NCBI RefSeq assembly: GCF_001194135.2
Contig: NC_068997.1
Span: 29,641,760 to 29,705,759 of the forward strand
Direction: 5' to 3'
From: Octopus bimaculoides
Lineage: Eukaryota
DNA: 64,000 bases
The notes beneath the pieces were generated by a model. It did not search any database and had not been told where the DNA came from. It saw only the letters and a program-made list of their open reading frames with translations. Position numbers and translations under genes: made by a program. Each line of letters starts with the position of its first letter. Within the stretch, counting starts at the first letter, position 1. Shown in pieces: positions 12,089 through 25,200 of the stretch.

Positions 12089-12914
12089 CCTCTGTCTATC
12101 TATCTATCTGTCTGTCTGTCTATGTGTATGTTATGTCTGTATTCTCATGTTTAGTTACTGTCACAAGCACACACACGCGTACGTTATGCAAATCAAAACA
12201 TTTGATTTCTCAAGGTAACAAAGTTTTTTCTGGAGCTTTACAATGGAAGTTCGGTAGTAAAAGTATCTTCATTGTCTTTTCAAGGTTAGCCATGAAATAG
12301 GTGTTGTTTACCTGTACCAGTCACCGTTAAGGTGACGCACTTAAATATTTCTAGAGGGAGCGAAAGACGAGTCACTATCCCCCACCTCACCCCATCCGAG
12401 TGTCCTGTATGTTGTGGTTGTAAGTCTCAAGTGAACGCTGATTAAGCAGATCTATGGTGACAGGCACACCAGCTGTGACCATCTCGTTATTTTTTTCAGA
12501 CATAGCGTACCTAGTACTATATTGTTTAGTTTGTGTATTGCTTTTCTAAAATGATGCGGTGTGATTAGAACGAGATTTTGCTCAATAAGGCTCGACCTGC
12601 AGCGAAACATCACCAACACCCACAACAACAATAGTTTTACATATTTTTCTCTGCTCATAGATCTTGTAAAACTTTACAATGGAGTTACCTTTCTGTGCCT
12701 CAAGCAGAGAACCACATAGTTATGCCTGCAAAACAAGACATGTTTGGATGTGGTTATTAATGTATCAGCTATAGTATTTCTCAATCATTGTGGTCTGAGG
12801 TAACTTTCTTGCTAACAAGAGTTAGCTTGTATGAGAATAGTTATTTGTCGTTACCATCACGAAATACTGCCAGCGGTTGACATTTGTTGAAGGGTTAATT
12901 CAAAGACAATGTGA

Positions 12915-13225
12915 ACGCATTTGGCTCATGATCGTAAGGTCATGAGTTCAATTCCTGGCATTGCATTGTGTCCTTGAGCAAGACACTTTATTTCTCATTG
13001 CTCCCGTCCCTCAGCTGGCAAAAATGAGTTGTACCTGTATTTCAAATTGCCATCTTTGTCACATTCTGTGTCATGTTGAATCTCCCAGGGAACTACATTA
13101 AGGATACATGGTTACATGTGTCTGCGGAGTACTCAGCCACTTACATGTTAATTTCACAAGCTGTCTGTTCCATTGATTGGATCAACTGGAACAGTCGCCA
13201 TCATAACTGACAGAGTGCCAATCAG
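12915..13225 (+). mobile_element. tRNA-derived SINE family 3 (GTGTCCTTGAGCAAGACACTT core)
   Basis: Homologous to 5535-5760 (+); its 3' part matches 1262-1365 in reverse orientation. Confidence 0.75.
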
Positions 13226-13865
13226 TTCATTCAAAGACGATGTTATTTCCAGTTAGAATAGTCTTATATAATAACAGCCTTACAAGTTTTGTAAATAAGT
13301 GAGCACTTGAAAAGGCTCACTTGATGACAGCAGTATTTACATGTGGAGTAGTTGTAGTTATGGTCACAACCAGTGCTGCCTGCAGTTGTGGACTCCAAAA
13401 AGGTCAAGCAGAAGATAAACAAATTGACCTTCAGCTCAGAGATTTTCAACAGCTTCTTTCTTCATATTTCACACCTGAATAAACAGGGGTTTCTGCAAAC
13501 AAAATGTAGATTTAGAAGTCAATATTCTACATTCTTCACACTTTCCATGCAGGAATTGGTAACATTGAAACAACAGATATATTCCAATAAAAGTATTGTG
13601 TATATGCATATATATAAATGTATGTATAGATATGTATATACACACACACATATATATATATATGTATGTATCATATGTACACACGTACAAGGGGGTGCTG
13701 AACAGTTCCTGGCTTTGGGTAAAAGAAAATACAGGAGGATCAGTTAATTATGATTTTATTGAACATATTCCCCTCTCACATTCACACATTTATAGCAGTG
13801 GCCCTTCAATTTTTCTAAGGCCTGCAAAAGAACTCAGATGGTTAGGCCTCCAACCAGGCTTTTCA

Positions 13866-13875
13866 NNNNNNNNNN
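13866..13875. other. Assembly gap
   Basis: N run. Confidence 1.
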
Positions 13876-14790
13876 AATTTGGTGGGTGGAAATTAAAGTC
13901 CATTGTGTGTATGTGTGTGTATGTGAAAGTGCTTCTGTCTCACATAGGAGGGATATGTGTGGGGTGTATGCATATATATATATATATATATAATTGGGTA
14001 AGGCATGGGTGTATGGGTAAGAAGTTTGCTATGTAACTACATGGTTTTGGGTTCAAATGCACTCAATGACATCAAGGTTAATTGTTTCCTACTACAGTCT
14101 TGGGCTGACCAAAGCCTTCTGAGTTAATTTGGTGGGTGGAAATTAAAGTCCATTGTGTGTATGTGTGTGTATGTGAAAGTGCTTCTGTCTCACATAGGAG
14201 GGATATGTGTGGGGTGTATGCATATATATATATATATATATAATTATATATCGGTACAGGATGTCACCAACTGTATAGACAACATGAAATACAAAAACAA
14301 ATGAGTTAAATACAGAAACAATGAACCGTTTTTATTTTCTGAGTTGAAATTCTGCAGAGGTCAACTTTGCCTTTCATCCTTTTGGACTTGATAAAATAAG
14401 TACCAGTGTACCAGTCATGCACTGGTGTTGACATAAGCAACTTACCACCAACCCTGAAATAGCTGGCCTTGTGCTGAAATGTGAAACTATTATGATTATT
14501 ATGTAAATGCAGAGACCATTAAAAATCTAACTTAAAAATTAATACTGCAGGGAGGGGAAGAAAATTTTTTAAAAAGCCATAATAGCTTTTGAATAATATT
14601 ATTTTGATACTTTCAGAAAGTATGGGAGATAACTCCATGTACGTTTGGTCTCATTAGACCTCCTCAGTTGAGAAAGACTTTATAGTCATCGAAGAAGAGG
14701 TGACAGAATCACTAAGTAAATATATAAAAATGTAAACTTGTTTACACAGGAAAATGCAGACATGTTCAAAGAATAAATTGATCTTAGATG

Positions 14791-14840
<50 letters not shown>

Positions 14841-15114
14841 AAAAGAAAATGTAAGTCATTGTCAACATTTTTAATGCATGGAGTATCAGGAAAAAAGCTA
14901 ACAAGAAAGAAAATTGTGTGGTAAAGAAAATGATTGTGTTTATCTGTCCATAATTTTAAGTTGGAATGAATTTAATTCAGGCTTGAGGAAGCAAGTGTTT
15001 AGTAAGTCGTAGAAGAGGTATTGGTCATAATACATAACAGAGATGACTGTACAGATATGGACTTGCATTAACAGAATGGACTATATATATATATAAATGA
15101 TTGAAAAGCTGCAG

Positions 15115-15420
15115 TCAGATGGTAACACTAGCAGCCACAGCAGCAGCAGCAGCAGCAGCAGCTCTGGTGGTGGTGGTGGTATTAATAGTAGAAGTAGTAG
15201 TGGTAGCAGCGGTAGTAGTAGTAGTAATGTATGAGGAGGATGGTGAGTGGAAGCAAAAGCAGAAGTAAGAGTAAGAGGAGATAAGGCAGTAGCAATAGTA
15301 ACAGTCACATCACCACCACCACCACCACCATCATCATGATCATTGCCATCAGCTGCAGTAGCAGCAGCAAGATCATCATCATCATCACCATCATCATCAA
15401 CAGCAGCAGCAGCAGCAGTA
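15115..15420. repeat. Compound trinucleotide microsatellite (CAG/GGT/AGT/CAC/CAT)
   Basis: Direct inspection. Similar compound tracts at about 10320-10430, 10995-11100, 11635-11755, 15740-15795. Confidence 0.9.
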
Positions 15421-16010
15421 GAAAGTGCACTCAGCAGAGGCAGACCTAGGAAGTTTTTTCACTTCCCACTTTGTTACAGTTGATAGACAAAGTCTATAAA
15501 TACCGACTTGTTGGTAATGTGCCCTCGCTACTTATTAATTAAATATATGTCCTTTTGATGACTGATGTAACTCTAGTATATTGTCTTTCTTAAAATGAAT
15601 GCATGATAGGGGGGAAAGAAAAAAAAACATCAGACCCTAAATAGAAAATTAGGGACCTCATTTAGTTAAGCTGATTTAGGAAACGGACAACATATCATTA
15701 AGCACACTCAAACATCTAAGAAAAACAAAATGAAAAGGGAGATGATGATGATGACGATGACGACGATAATGATGATGATGATGGTGATGATGGTGTTCTA
15801 ATAAAATTTCCCTGAATAAAAAAATAAGACATGACATTAAGGGGTGAGATCAATGAAATGTTGAAATGACCTCATCAGGATTTGAACCATGATCAGTAAG
15901 CTACTAAACTTTATGCATCCAAATTGGTTTGGCTCCCTGCTATTTCAACCTTTAATATCAACCTAGAAAGAGATCTATAATGATATGCATGTATATATAT
16001 ATATATATAT

Positions 16011-16175
16011 AGGCGCAGGAGTGACTGTGCGGTAAGAAGCTTGCTTCCCAACCACATAGTTCTGGGTTCTGTCTCACTGCGTGGCACTGTAGGCAAGTGT
16101 CTTCTACTATAGCCTCGGGCCGACCAAAGCCTTGTGAGTGGATTTGGTAGATGGAAACTGAAAGAAGCTTGTCAT
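16011..16175 (+). mobile_element. SINE family 1 head/core copy with (TA/TATG)n tail
   Basis: AGGCGCAGGAGTGACTGTGCGGTAAGAAGC...GGGTTCTGTCTC...GCAAGTGTCTTCTACTATAGCCTCGGGCCGACC; well preserved. Confidence 0.85.
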
Positions 16176-16246
16176 ATATATATATATGTATGTATGTATA
16201 TATATATGCATATATATATATATTAGATATATATATATATTAGATA

Positions 16247-16781
16247 TATAATATTTCTAAATCTCTCAGAGAGATTTAAGCAGTAGTGGAGCGATAAAGT
16301 TGTAGTATATTGTCAACTTAATGTGACAATCCCAATAAGGGAACACACTACTTCCGTTTAGCCCTAGGAAGCTGGACCGCTTCCTGTCGGCCTTGACACA
16401 ATTACTGTGTCCTTAAGTCTGCGAGGGGGAGACAAGCTCCTCCACCCAGCCTAGCCAGCATTCAGGGACATGTTTCTGAGTCTTTGCTCGTCATCAGCCT
16501 GAAGTAGCTTGCCAGCTGGATAGAGAAGCCTGTTTCGCCTTCGCAAACTTATATAAATCATAGTGAAGTTTATTCACTGATCAGCAAAATTAGAAATATA
16601 ATATTTCTAAATCTCTCAGAGAGATTTAAGCAGTAGTGGAGTGATAAAGTTGTAGTATATTGTCATAGTATAAAGTTGTAGTATATTGTCGTAGTATAAA
16701 GTTGTAGTATATAGGGCTAAACGGCAGTAGTGTGTTCCCTTATTGGGATTGTCACATTAAGTTGACAATATACTACAACTT

Positions 16782-16784
<3 letters not shown>
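16247..16784 (-). mobile_element. Non-autonomous Penelope-like / non-LTR retrozyme-like element: 350-nt unit, terminal direct repeat and inverted tail, inserted in (TA)n
   Basis: 16247-16315 recurs at 16597-16665 (offset exactly 350). 16294-16366 recurs inverted at 16712-16784 (1 mismatch). Internal hammerhead motif; microsatellite on both flanks. Confidence 0.75.
16461..16503 (-). ncRNA. Minimal type I hammerhead ribozyme motif (GUC cleavage triplet)
   Basis: Minus strand reads TTCAGG-CTGATGA-C-GAG(CAAAGA)CTC-A-GAAA-C-AT-G-TC-CCTGAA. Perfect 6-bp stem I, both core boxes, palindromic ACATGT stem III. C/A mismatch at the base of stem II. Confidence 0.75.
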
Positions 16785-16815
<31 letters not shown>

Positions 16816-16881
16816 CGTGTATGTATGTATATGTATATATATATATATACATATATACACACACACACACACGCACATATA

Positions 16882-17115
16882 CAGGGTTGGCCAAAAGTCA
16901 CCTGACAGTAAATCAATGCCATTTAATTCCAACATTTATCTATGTTTAACAACTGAATGAATTTAATAAAAAGCATCTAAATATGAGACATCATGAAAAT
17001 TGTTCAAACTGAAGTCCTTCTTGAGCAACACATTTTTCCATTCGAGTCACTCCAGAATTACAGATAGTATTTATGGAATTTTGATTTACTGTCAGGTGAC
17101 TTTTGGCCAACTCTG
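16882..17115. mobile_element. Tc1/mariner-type MITE
   Basis: About 33-bp TIRs CAGGGTTGGCCAAAAGTCACCTGACAGTAAATC / GATTTACTGTCAGGTGACTTTTGGCCAACTCTG, flanked by TA at 16880-16881 and 17116-17117. Confidence 0.9.
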
Positions 17116-18814
17116 TATATGTATATATCCATCATCATCCATCATTTTGAATCCAGGTTTTGTCCCCATTAACGAGGGTGGCCAGATCTACCTCAATGCC
17201 ATAGCAACCACCCTCACACCATCTCGCCATCTTACCCGGTTTTGGGCATCCTCCCTTCTCAAGCCAACCCTCCCAATCTCAAATGACTGAAACAAATAAA
17301 AGAATAAAAGGAGAAAATATATACAATAATCCCTTGCCATATCATGGTTTCTCCTATCACCCACTCAGGACATCGTGGATTTTTCTGGAAAATATGTAAA
17401 TTTATCTTACGGACTCCTCAGTTATCTGGCTTTCTGCATCCGATAGGTATTTATATTTTTTTACATTTTAATTATTTCTTTTCATCGTTGTTCTCCAGGC
17501 CACCACCACCATCCTCTCCTGTTTTACTGAAGTTTCCATGGATTTGATAAATGTAAATAAACTATTTGATTGCTCTTACATAGCTACAGCCTCAGAGAAT
17601 GGTATGTATGTCACATAATCCTTCTTCACCACACCTCATGAATCTCAAGCCTGCCAAGCTAATGAGAGAACCATTATGTGGTCAGTTGACATGGAGAAAA
17701 AAGCAACCATATCACTCAGATCGCACACTACTCTCTTAAAAATAAAAGGATACAACATACTAATATGCTGTCTGAAAAAAAAAAAACCTGAGATGGTCAT
17801 GACTGGAGTGTCTTTTATGCATATAAGGCTGCTTGATTAGATCTGACCTGGTGCTAAACAACTAAATAACAATCTCAGGCTAATGTAAAAAATCAATATT
17901 TAAATCGGTTAAAAATTAGATTAAGAAAAAAAGCTAAGAAAAACAAGAACAATGTTTTTCTTTGAGCTGTGAAAAATCACTCTTGGTTCTGTAAATAACT
18001 TTCTCTTGATCAATGAAAAATAAAATCCAGCAAAAACAATGTATATCAACAACTGTTAATATGTCATTAGGTCAGCAGTGTAGGTTTTCCATCGTCAAAT
18101 AGTGTGTCATAGATACAACCTAATCTGCTGGAACCAATCTCACTCAGACCGTTTCTCTACTGTTAATATAGTGCCAACGTACTTAATGTAAGAAGTATCT
18201 TTAATTAGATATACAGGCACACCAACAAGTTTTCTGGCAACTTTAGTTTCAGACTCATGCCAGATTATCTATTGTGCTGGATTAAAAGAGGTCATGTGAT
18301 AGTAATTCTGAGTAAATTCCTAGAAGACCACTGCCTGTTTTATTAATAACGTTTTTGCAACTAATTCTTCACAACATGTTATAAAGTTAGAAACGCTCTT
18401 CCACTGCTTCAATGATAAAAATCTAAAGGAAACATTATTTAAAACAAAATCTAATGCCGCATACTAACTTCTGCCCATCAATCTCAGAGGTGCTGTAAAG
18501 GGTCATGAACACTGCCCTTCGCTTCTGACTAAAAAGATTTTCTTTTTTAATTATTTCAGCAAGAAAGAGAAAAAAACTCAAATATTTCCTGTTCGATGTC
18601 CTCAGCTAAGCAAACTTCACTGACAGGCCAAAGTAGTGAAAATGGAATTACTAAAGTAAATATACAATATTAATCATAGGTTTGAAAAACTAACACCTTT
18701 TAAAAAAAAGAGCTTAATTTCTCAGTGATGCAACAGTCAAATGTCGAAAAAACAATTTTCCATATAAATGGTGTCTCTGAGTAGTTAAACCTAAGCAATT
18801 TGTATTGAAATATT

Positions 18815-18861
<47 letters not shown>

Positions 18862-19773
18862 AGTAAAAATAAATACAAAAAAAGGGGGTTTTGTATGATT
18901 GTGTATAGAGGAATATATTATTTTGTTTAGGAGACTTCCAACACTGTCTGTTTTTTATGTTTTATTTATATTCCTGCAAAACCAATGTGGGATATAGAAT
19001 ATGGAATATACAATATATAATATAATATACAATATATAATATAAAATAAAAATGGATGGTACTATGAAATAGAGTATTGAATGTCTTATTGAATATATGG
19101 AATATGTCTTATTGAATAGATGAAATATTGAGTGTTCAATATAAAGGATTAAATATATAAATATATAAAGGCGAATATGTATTTTCTATACCTTGTGGTA
19201 TTTCATCATGGCCGGTATGACAGACTTTAATGCATATACAAATATATATATACATGCATACATAATCATCAACATTACCATTGTTTTCCATGCTGGCATG
19301 GGTTAAAATATATAAATATATGTTTCTCTTAGACATTACTGTGCATATGTTTGCATGTTTGTTTTTAGATTTTCAAATCTACCTCAAAACACCTAAATAT
19401 ATATATAAGCATTTTGCACTGCAGGATAGCAGAACAAAGCACCAGAGAAATAATTCTTGGTTTATTCTGATTCCAAATATGTGTCGTTTGTTGACTGCCA
19501 GAAAAAAGATTAATCCTATAGGAGAGGTTAATAATATATTTTATTTTGGTCGAGTCTCTTGCTACTCTGAGTTTCACCTGCCCATAAATACATAAATATA
19601 TACCAAATTTTTTTTATTTATGTCAGTCATAGTAGCAAAGTATTATTAAAAGATTAATTTCTGCCATCAGATTATTTCTAATGTGGTCCGTATTCCCGAG
19701 CGTCATACTAATACATCCTTTTGTTATTTACACCACCTGTCCTCGTCTGTTGTTGTTTTTTTCGTATATTCTC

Positions 19774-19817
<44 letters not shown>

Positions 19818-19822
19818 TCTCT

Positions 19823-19980
19823 GAGTGGTTGGCGTTAGGAAGGGCATCCAGCTGTAGAAACTCTGCCAAATTTAGATTGGAGCCTGGTGTTGCCATCCGG
19901 TTTCACCAGTCCTCAGTCAAGTCGTCCAACCCATGCTAGCATGGAAAGCGGACGTTAAACGATGATGATGATGATGATGA
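19823..19980 (+). mobile_element. Short RTE-tail copy (truncated LINE or RTE-mobilised SINE)
   Basis: GTGGTTGGCGTTAGGAAGGGCATCCAGCTGTAGAAAC...CATGCTAGCATGGAAAGCGGACGTTAAACGATGATG. Further copies at about 1820-1965, 28755-28895, 32225-32365, 47055-47335 (+) and 51315-51430 (-). Confidence 0.85.
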
Positions 19981-20005
19981 TATATATATATAATGCAAGA
20001 GAGTT

Positions 20006-20374
20006 NNNNNNNNNNNNNNNNNNNNNNNNNNNNNNNNNNNNNNNNNNNNNNNNNNNNNNNNNNNNNNNNNNNNNNNNNNNNNNNNNNNNNNNNNNNNNNN
20101 NNNNNNNNNNNNNNNNNNNNNNNNNNNNNNNNNNNNNNNNNNNNNNNNNNNNNNNNNNNNNNNNNNNNNNNNNNNNNNNNNNNNNNNNNNNNNNNNNNNN
20201 NNNNNNNNNNNNNNNNNNNNNNNNNNNNNNNNNNNNNNNNNNNNNNNNNNNNNNNNNNNNNNNNNNNNNNNNNNNNNNNNNNNNNNNNNNNNNNNNNNNN
20301 NNNNNNNNNNNNNNNNNNNNNNNNNNNNNNNNNNNNNNNNNNNNNNNNNNNNNNNNNNNNNNNNNNNNNNNNNN
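20006..20374. other. Assembly gap
   Basis: N run. Confidence 1.
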
Positions 20375-20398
20375 TATATATATAATAATTTAATATTT

Positions 20399-20435
<37 letters not shown>

Positions 20436-21189
20436 GGTCCTCAACTGGGGTCCGTGCATATGACTCTTGAGGGTCCAAGTAAGATTTTGCTGCTAAAACG
20501 TTTTTGCCATAGATTGCTTATGTTTCTACAATATTCAAAATATCTTAGCAATTTTTTATACATTTCCAAATATGTAATTCTAAAACTACAATCAGATTAA
20601 AAAAAAATTAAATGGCTCTGAAGCAAACAGGAATCAAAGGGATCCACTGGCAAATATGAATAGGGTCTAGTCTTATAAATAGATAAAACAAAATGTAAAC
20701 TGTACAGAGAAAAGACTTTTCACGGGATGCAACAAATAAGTATAGACAAGCCATGTTCATAAGATACCTGTCTGTCTACTCAGAACGATGCATAGAATGC
20801 TATATAAAAGTTTATATATTTATATATTTATTTACTGATGGCAAATTGCTGATTTGTAATGGAGCAAACAAAATATTCTTGATATCTGAACTTTTTTTTA
20901 ATAACTTTACATAAAGAAAAAGTGTAGTTTTTATAATTAAAATATATAAATAAATGAAAAAATAGAGTCAACTATATTTTAATATTTCCAAGGAAGTGAA
21001 CACAATGTAAAGAACTTATCAGATAACAAATTTCAGATTAAAATCAAGTCTTAAAATAAGAAAAGCTGATTCATGAACAAAATTTGTCTGGTCTAATCCA
21101 ATTCCACCACCACCAGCACACTAATTTGTTTCTCTATATAGACATTGCACATTTTATCTTTGCATATACATGCATGCGTATATAGGAAG

Positions 21190-21460
21190 AGAAGCGTGCG
21201 CATGTAAGATATTAAATATATGTCCATCCTCTTGAGTGAGAGAACTGGCTACAGATGACATTATCATCGCCTTGCTCTCTCTCCTAAACTCTATCAAATG
21301 TCATCTTTGCCAGTTTGTTATTTGCAGAGCTGAGAGAAACGCCAGAGAGCGAAGTGAAAAAGGGCAAATAACTTTTCTTCGAGGGGTGACAGCCTCGTTT
21401 CCACTTGGCGGGCCATCTCTAGACGCCATATTGTGGCCAATGTTTGAAAGATGTGAATGT
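21190..21460 (+). promoter_or_regulatory. Candidate CK2 alpha promoter region
   Basis: Locally CpG-containing island in AT-rich DNA. NRF1-like TGCGCATG (21197-21204), YY1-like CGCCATATT (21424-21432), CCAAT near 21437. Lies about 0.5 kb upstream of the ATG exon. Confidence 0.4.
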
Positions 21461-21838
21461 GGAAGATTTATACCTGTTGCCTCAATAATGCTTTTTGGTG
21501 AACTGAAAGCAACACGAAACGATTTATGGACGACTTATCTAACCTTTATTAATTGTCCCAGTTGAAAAATTCCTTCCTTTTTTGCAGGGAAGGTATTCGT
21601 TGAAGTCTTCAAAGGTGTACATTAATTTGGATGGATGGATGTATGGCATGGAATAGGCCATCTTGATTGATTTCAACAATTCCAATTTCACAAGATTATC
21701 GTCAAGTGGCTACTCATTGAAACTCTTGTGTGTTGCATTTGGATAGTGTATAGATCTATCTACATCTATATATTTATTAATATATAGAGATATCATTTAC
21801 CTTCGTGGTTGTTTTAATTTTTTTTTTGACCTGTTTGA

Positions 21839-22030
<192 letters not shown>

Positions 22031-22192
22031 TGAGTAAGACAAAAAAAAAAATGTTCATAATGCTTTTTCATGTTATAAAAAAAAAATTGCGTACATTTTG
22101 TACGATTAATGAATTCTCTCCTACTCGCACACTATCATTCTAAACACTTCCTTCACTCTCCGTTTTACGAAACGTCTGTATTTGATGTCCAC

Positions 22193-22235
<43 letters not shown>

Positions 22236-25200
22236 CGAAGTTAGAATGATGTTCTCTTTGAAGTACCGGATGATCGCAATACATGCCTACATGTCAGTTT
22301 CAGCAGAAATATTTTTATGTTTAATGTATTTAAAAGCGCAAAAGAAATTACAAGTATTGAGCGTAAAAAGAAAAATCATTAAATTTTATCTGCTCATTTA
22401 ACATTGGTGCTTTTTATCCCCGTTTTATATTTCATACATGCTCTAATTAATGTGTGCATTTAATATATATATATATATATATATCTGTGTATATATATAT
22501 ATCTGTGTATATATATATATATATATATCTGTGTATGTATGTATGTGTGTGTTTCTGCCGTTTTTCGTGGTAAGCAGCTTAAACTATTAGCGTGGTCACG
22601 TGTGTCATGTCTGCTGTAAAAGAACCTTTTAAAGATAAGATTCCTGGAGAGATTCTTACAATCGGAATCGGTTGCCAGGACTGGTTTCCTCTCTTTTATA
22701 ATACGTAATTAGAATTAAAGATATCTTCCGCTACTTTCCAATCGAATGTCATATTGTAATTCGATACGTCTTTACGAGGTGTAAATGTTAATAATGAGTA
22801 AAGGGTTTTAAGGAACAACCACATCTTACATAGACATTAGGGACTGGCTAGGATTTATAGGGGAAATAGTCACCGTCATGTTATTTTTTAAAGGCATTAT
22901 GAATCTAACAAAGTGTTGGAATTATAGCAAGGAAAGGAAACCGGGTAACTAACTGTTCCTCGTCACTAAGAGCTTGCCAAAAAGAAAAGAAAAAAAATCC
23001 TGATGCTTATTGCTTAGATAGCCAAGTCTTTCGATCAGAAATGATCGAGAAAAATAGGAGCTGAAGACGTTCATGTTTTAAAAGATAAATGAAATGAAAT
23101 TTTTCGTGTGTAGGATTCGAAACCTGACTTATGGATTCACTTTGTCACGAACTTAGTGCTTCATCTCTGCGTTGGTCACTATAATGATAAAAATAATTAA
23201 AATAATACGAATTTAAAAAAATATTATTTTAATGTCGGCATGTGAGACTTGGAATTTGTAGGAGAGGAAAAAAATCGGAACTAGTGTTTCACATCGTAAT
23301 AGCAATAATAATATAATGATTCAATTAGTTTTTTTTTTTTGCCTCTTTTGTCTATTATGGTATATTCTGGTAACAAAGAAATCCTCCAGTTTTTGCTGTG
23401 AATTCGGTCAAGTTGGTGGGAAAGAACTAACTCCTCGTTTATATTAAACCTCAAATGACTAAATTTAATGGTTCAGACAAACATTGACATCATTTAAATT
23501 GATGAAGAGTATTGAATTTGTTATTTTAATTGTTTTAAGTACAATCAGTGATTCGAAAACTATGTACGACGTACTTTTTTTTTATTTTATTTTAAAAAGC
23601 TTGGATTCTATTAAAAATTAAGCGATGTATATTTTGTGTGTGTGAGAGGATAGATAGATACAATCACACTTGCACATCTACATTTGTTCTTATTTCATTG
23701 TCATACATGTTTTGTCATTGATATTATTTTGTCGAATTGTCTGCCAATCCAAAGATGGCATTGAGCAAAGCATGAACGTCACATTTTCTTAATTTCTTCC
23801 AACATAAATTTGGGATCTGATTCCCATGTAAGATATTTGTAATTGTTGGTGAATCTGATTTCGAATCCTAAATTGGAACTTATTCACTTGTCGCTTAATG
23901 TTAAGATGTATGATTGCCACAACTTCCTATCCCCCGCCCCACAATTTTTGTAAATCGTCCATAGGGGTTACTTGGTTTATAAGTTATGTCCATGTGATTA
24001 ATATTTGACCTTGTGAAGTGAGATCTTATTAAAAATGGAAGCTTCTCACAGAAGTAGTGATCGCCGCCAACTCCATTCATCTGCGTATATTTTAGGCTGC
24101 ACATTGTCCCTTTCCCTCTTCGCCGAAGTCTCCCCCCCCTTCATTCTGTATTGTTCATACTTAGGGGTCGGGGAATGTTGAATAAACGAAACGGTAGTGT
24201 CCCAGACGCTAGACATAAATTGACTGAGGGAAGGGAGAAAGATGCCCGGCCAGTAGCAGATTTTTCTCTTACCCTTTTCACACCAGACCCCTTTATATAT
24301 ATTAAAGATCGAGTTAATATATTCATTGTAGGAAATCGGTTCATTTAATTAGTGTATATTAATATTTAGTGTCTGGATTTTCGACCGTTTCCTTCAAGTT
24401 CGACTCTTCCGTTTTTTCACTCTCTTTTCTCTTCTCTCTTTTCTTCTCACTTTATGATAGCTTCCGTTCTGACTTGCTGTCATTTCTTACTGATATAAAA
24501 TCTCATTGTTAAAAAGTCTAACCGTTAGTTTTAAAATATTCGTTTCCTCCTTTTAAATTCCTATTCCTTATTCGGTTTGTTATTAATGTCGTTATTGTTG
24601 CAATTGTTGAAAATATTAGCAAGTATTATCGACGCGTAAAAGATTGAAAAAAAAATTTTTTTTTCACAAATATGTGTGTTTGATGGATTATGAAATAAAT
24701 CATTGAGAGAAACGGTATAGAATCACCATGTAAGCACTCCTGCCCCAATCTACCCAACATCCTAGTATTGTTTTACTGAGTCTAACTGATGATTTCATCT
24801 TAATACCCTCATCAACGTAAAAATGGCGGTGGCGGTAGCGAGGACAGAGTTATAATAATGAGAAGAGTAATAATCACAATAATCTATTTTTTTTCTTCTT
24901 AGAGACAAGCCTGATGTTGTAAGAAAAGGACTTGTAGTTTATAGAATCGATCTAATGTCTTACCGGTACTTAAAACTCCAAATGAATGAATGCTCAAATC
25001 GACAAAAGTCGGCAAAATTTGAACAGCTGCAATTAACCAAACTAAATAGTCAAGTACAAGATTGGATCTTTATTTTGTTAGTCATATCAAAAATAATAAC
25101 GAGACCTAAGCACGAGGTCAGCAAATTTATGAATTATTTTATGGAGTAGTGTGGTCGATTTAATCAACTCTAATATTTTAATGCTTACGAAAGGCAAATA

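Noticed and set aside
13876-14245. Exact ~120-bp direct duplication (13876-13995 = about 14118-14243)
   Set aside because: Begins immediately at a 10-N gap and is identical; most likely an unmerged contig overlap.
16644-16712. CRISPR-like short repeats
   Set aside because: Repeats are contiguous with no spacers, in a eukaryotic context without cas genes.
19917-20459. Long ORFs spanning N runs (also 11110-11785, 42739-43233, 49660-50305)
   Set aside because: Open only because N codons cannot be stops.
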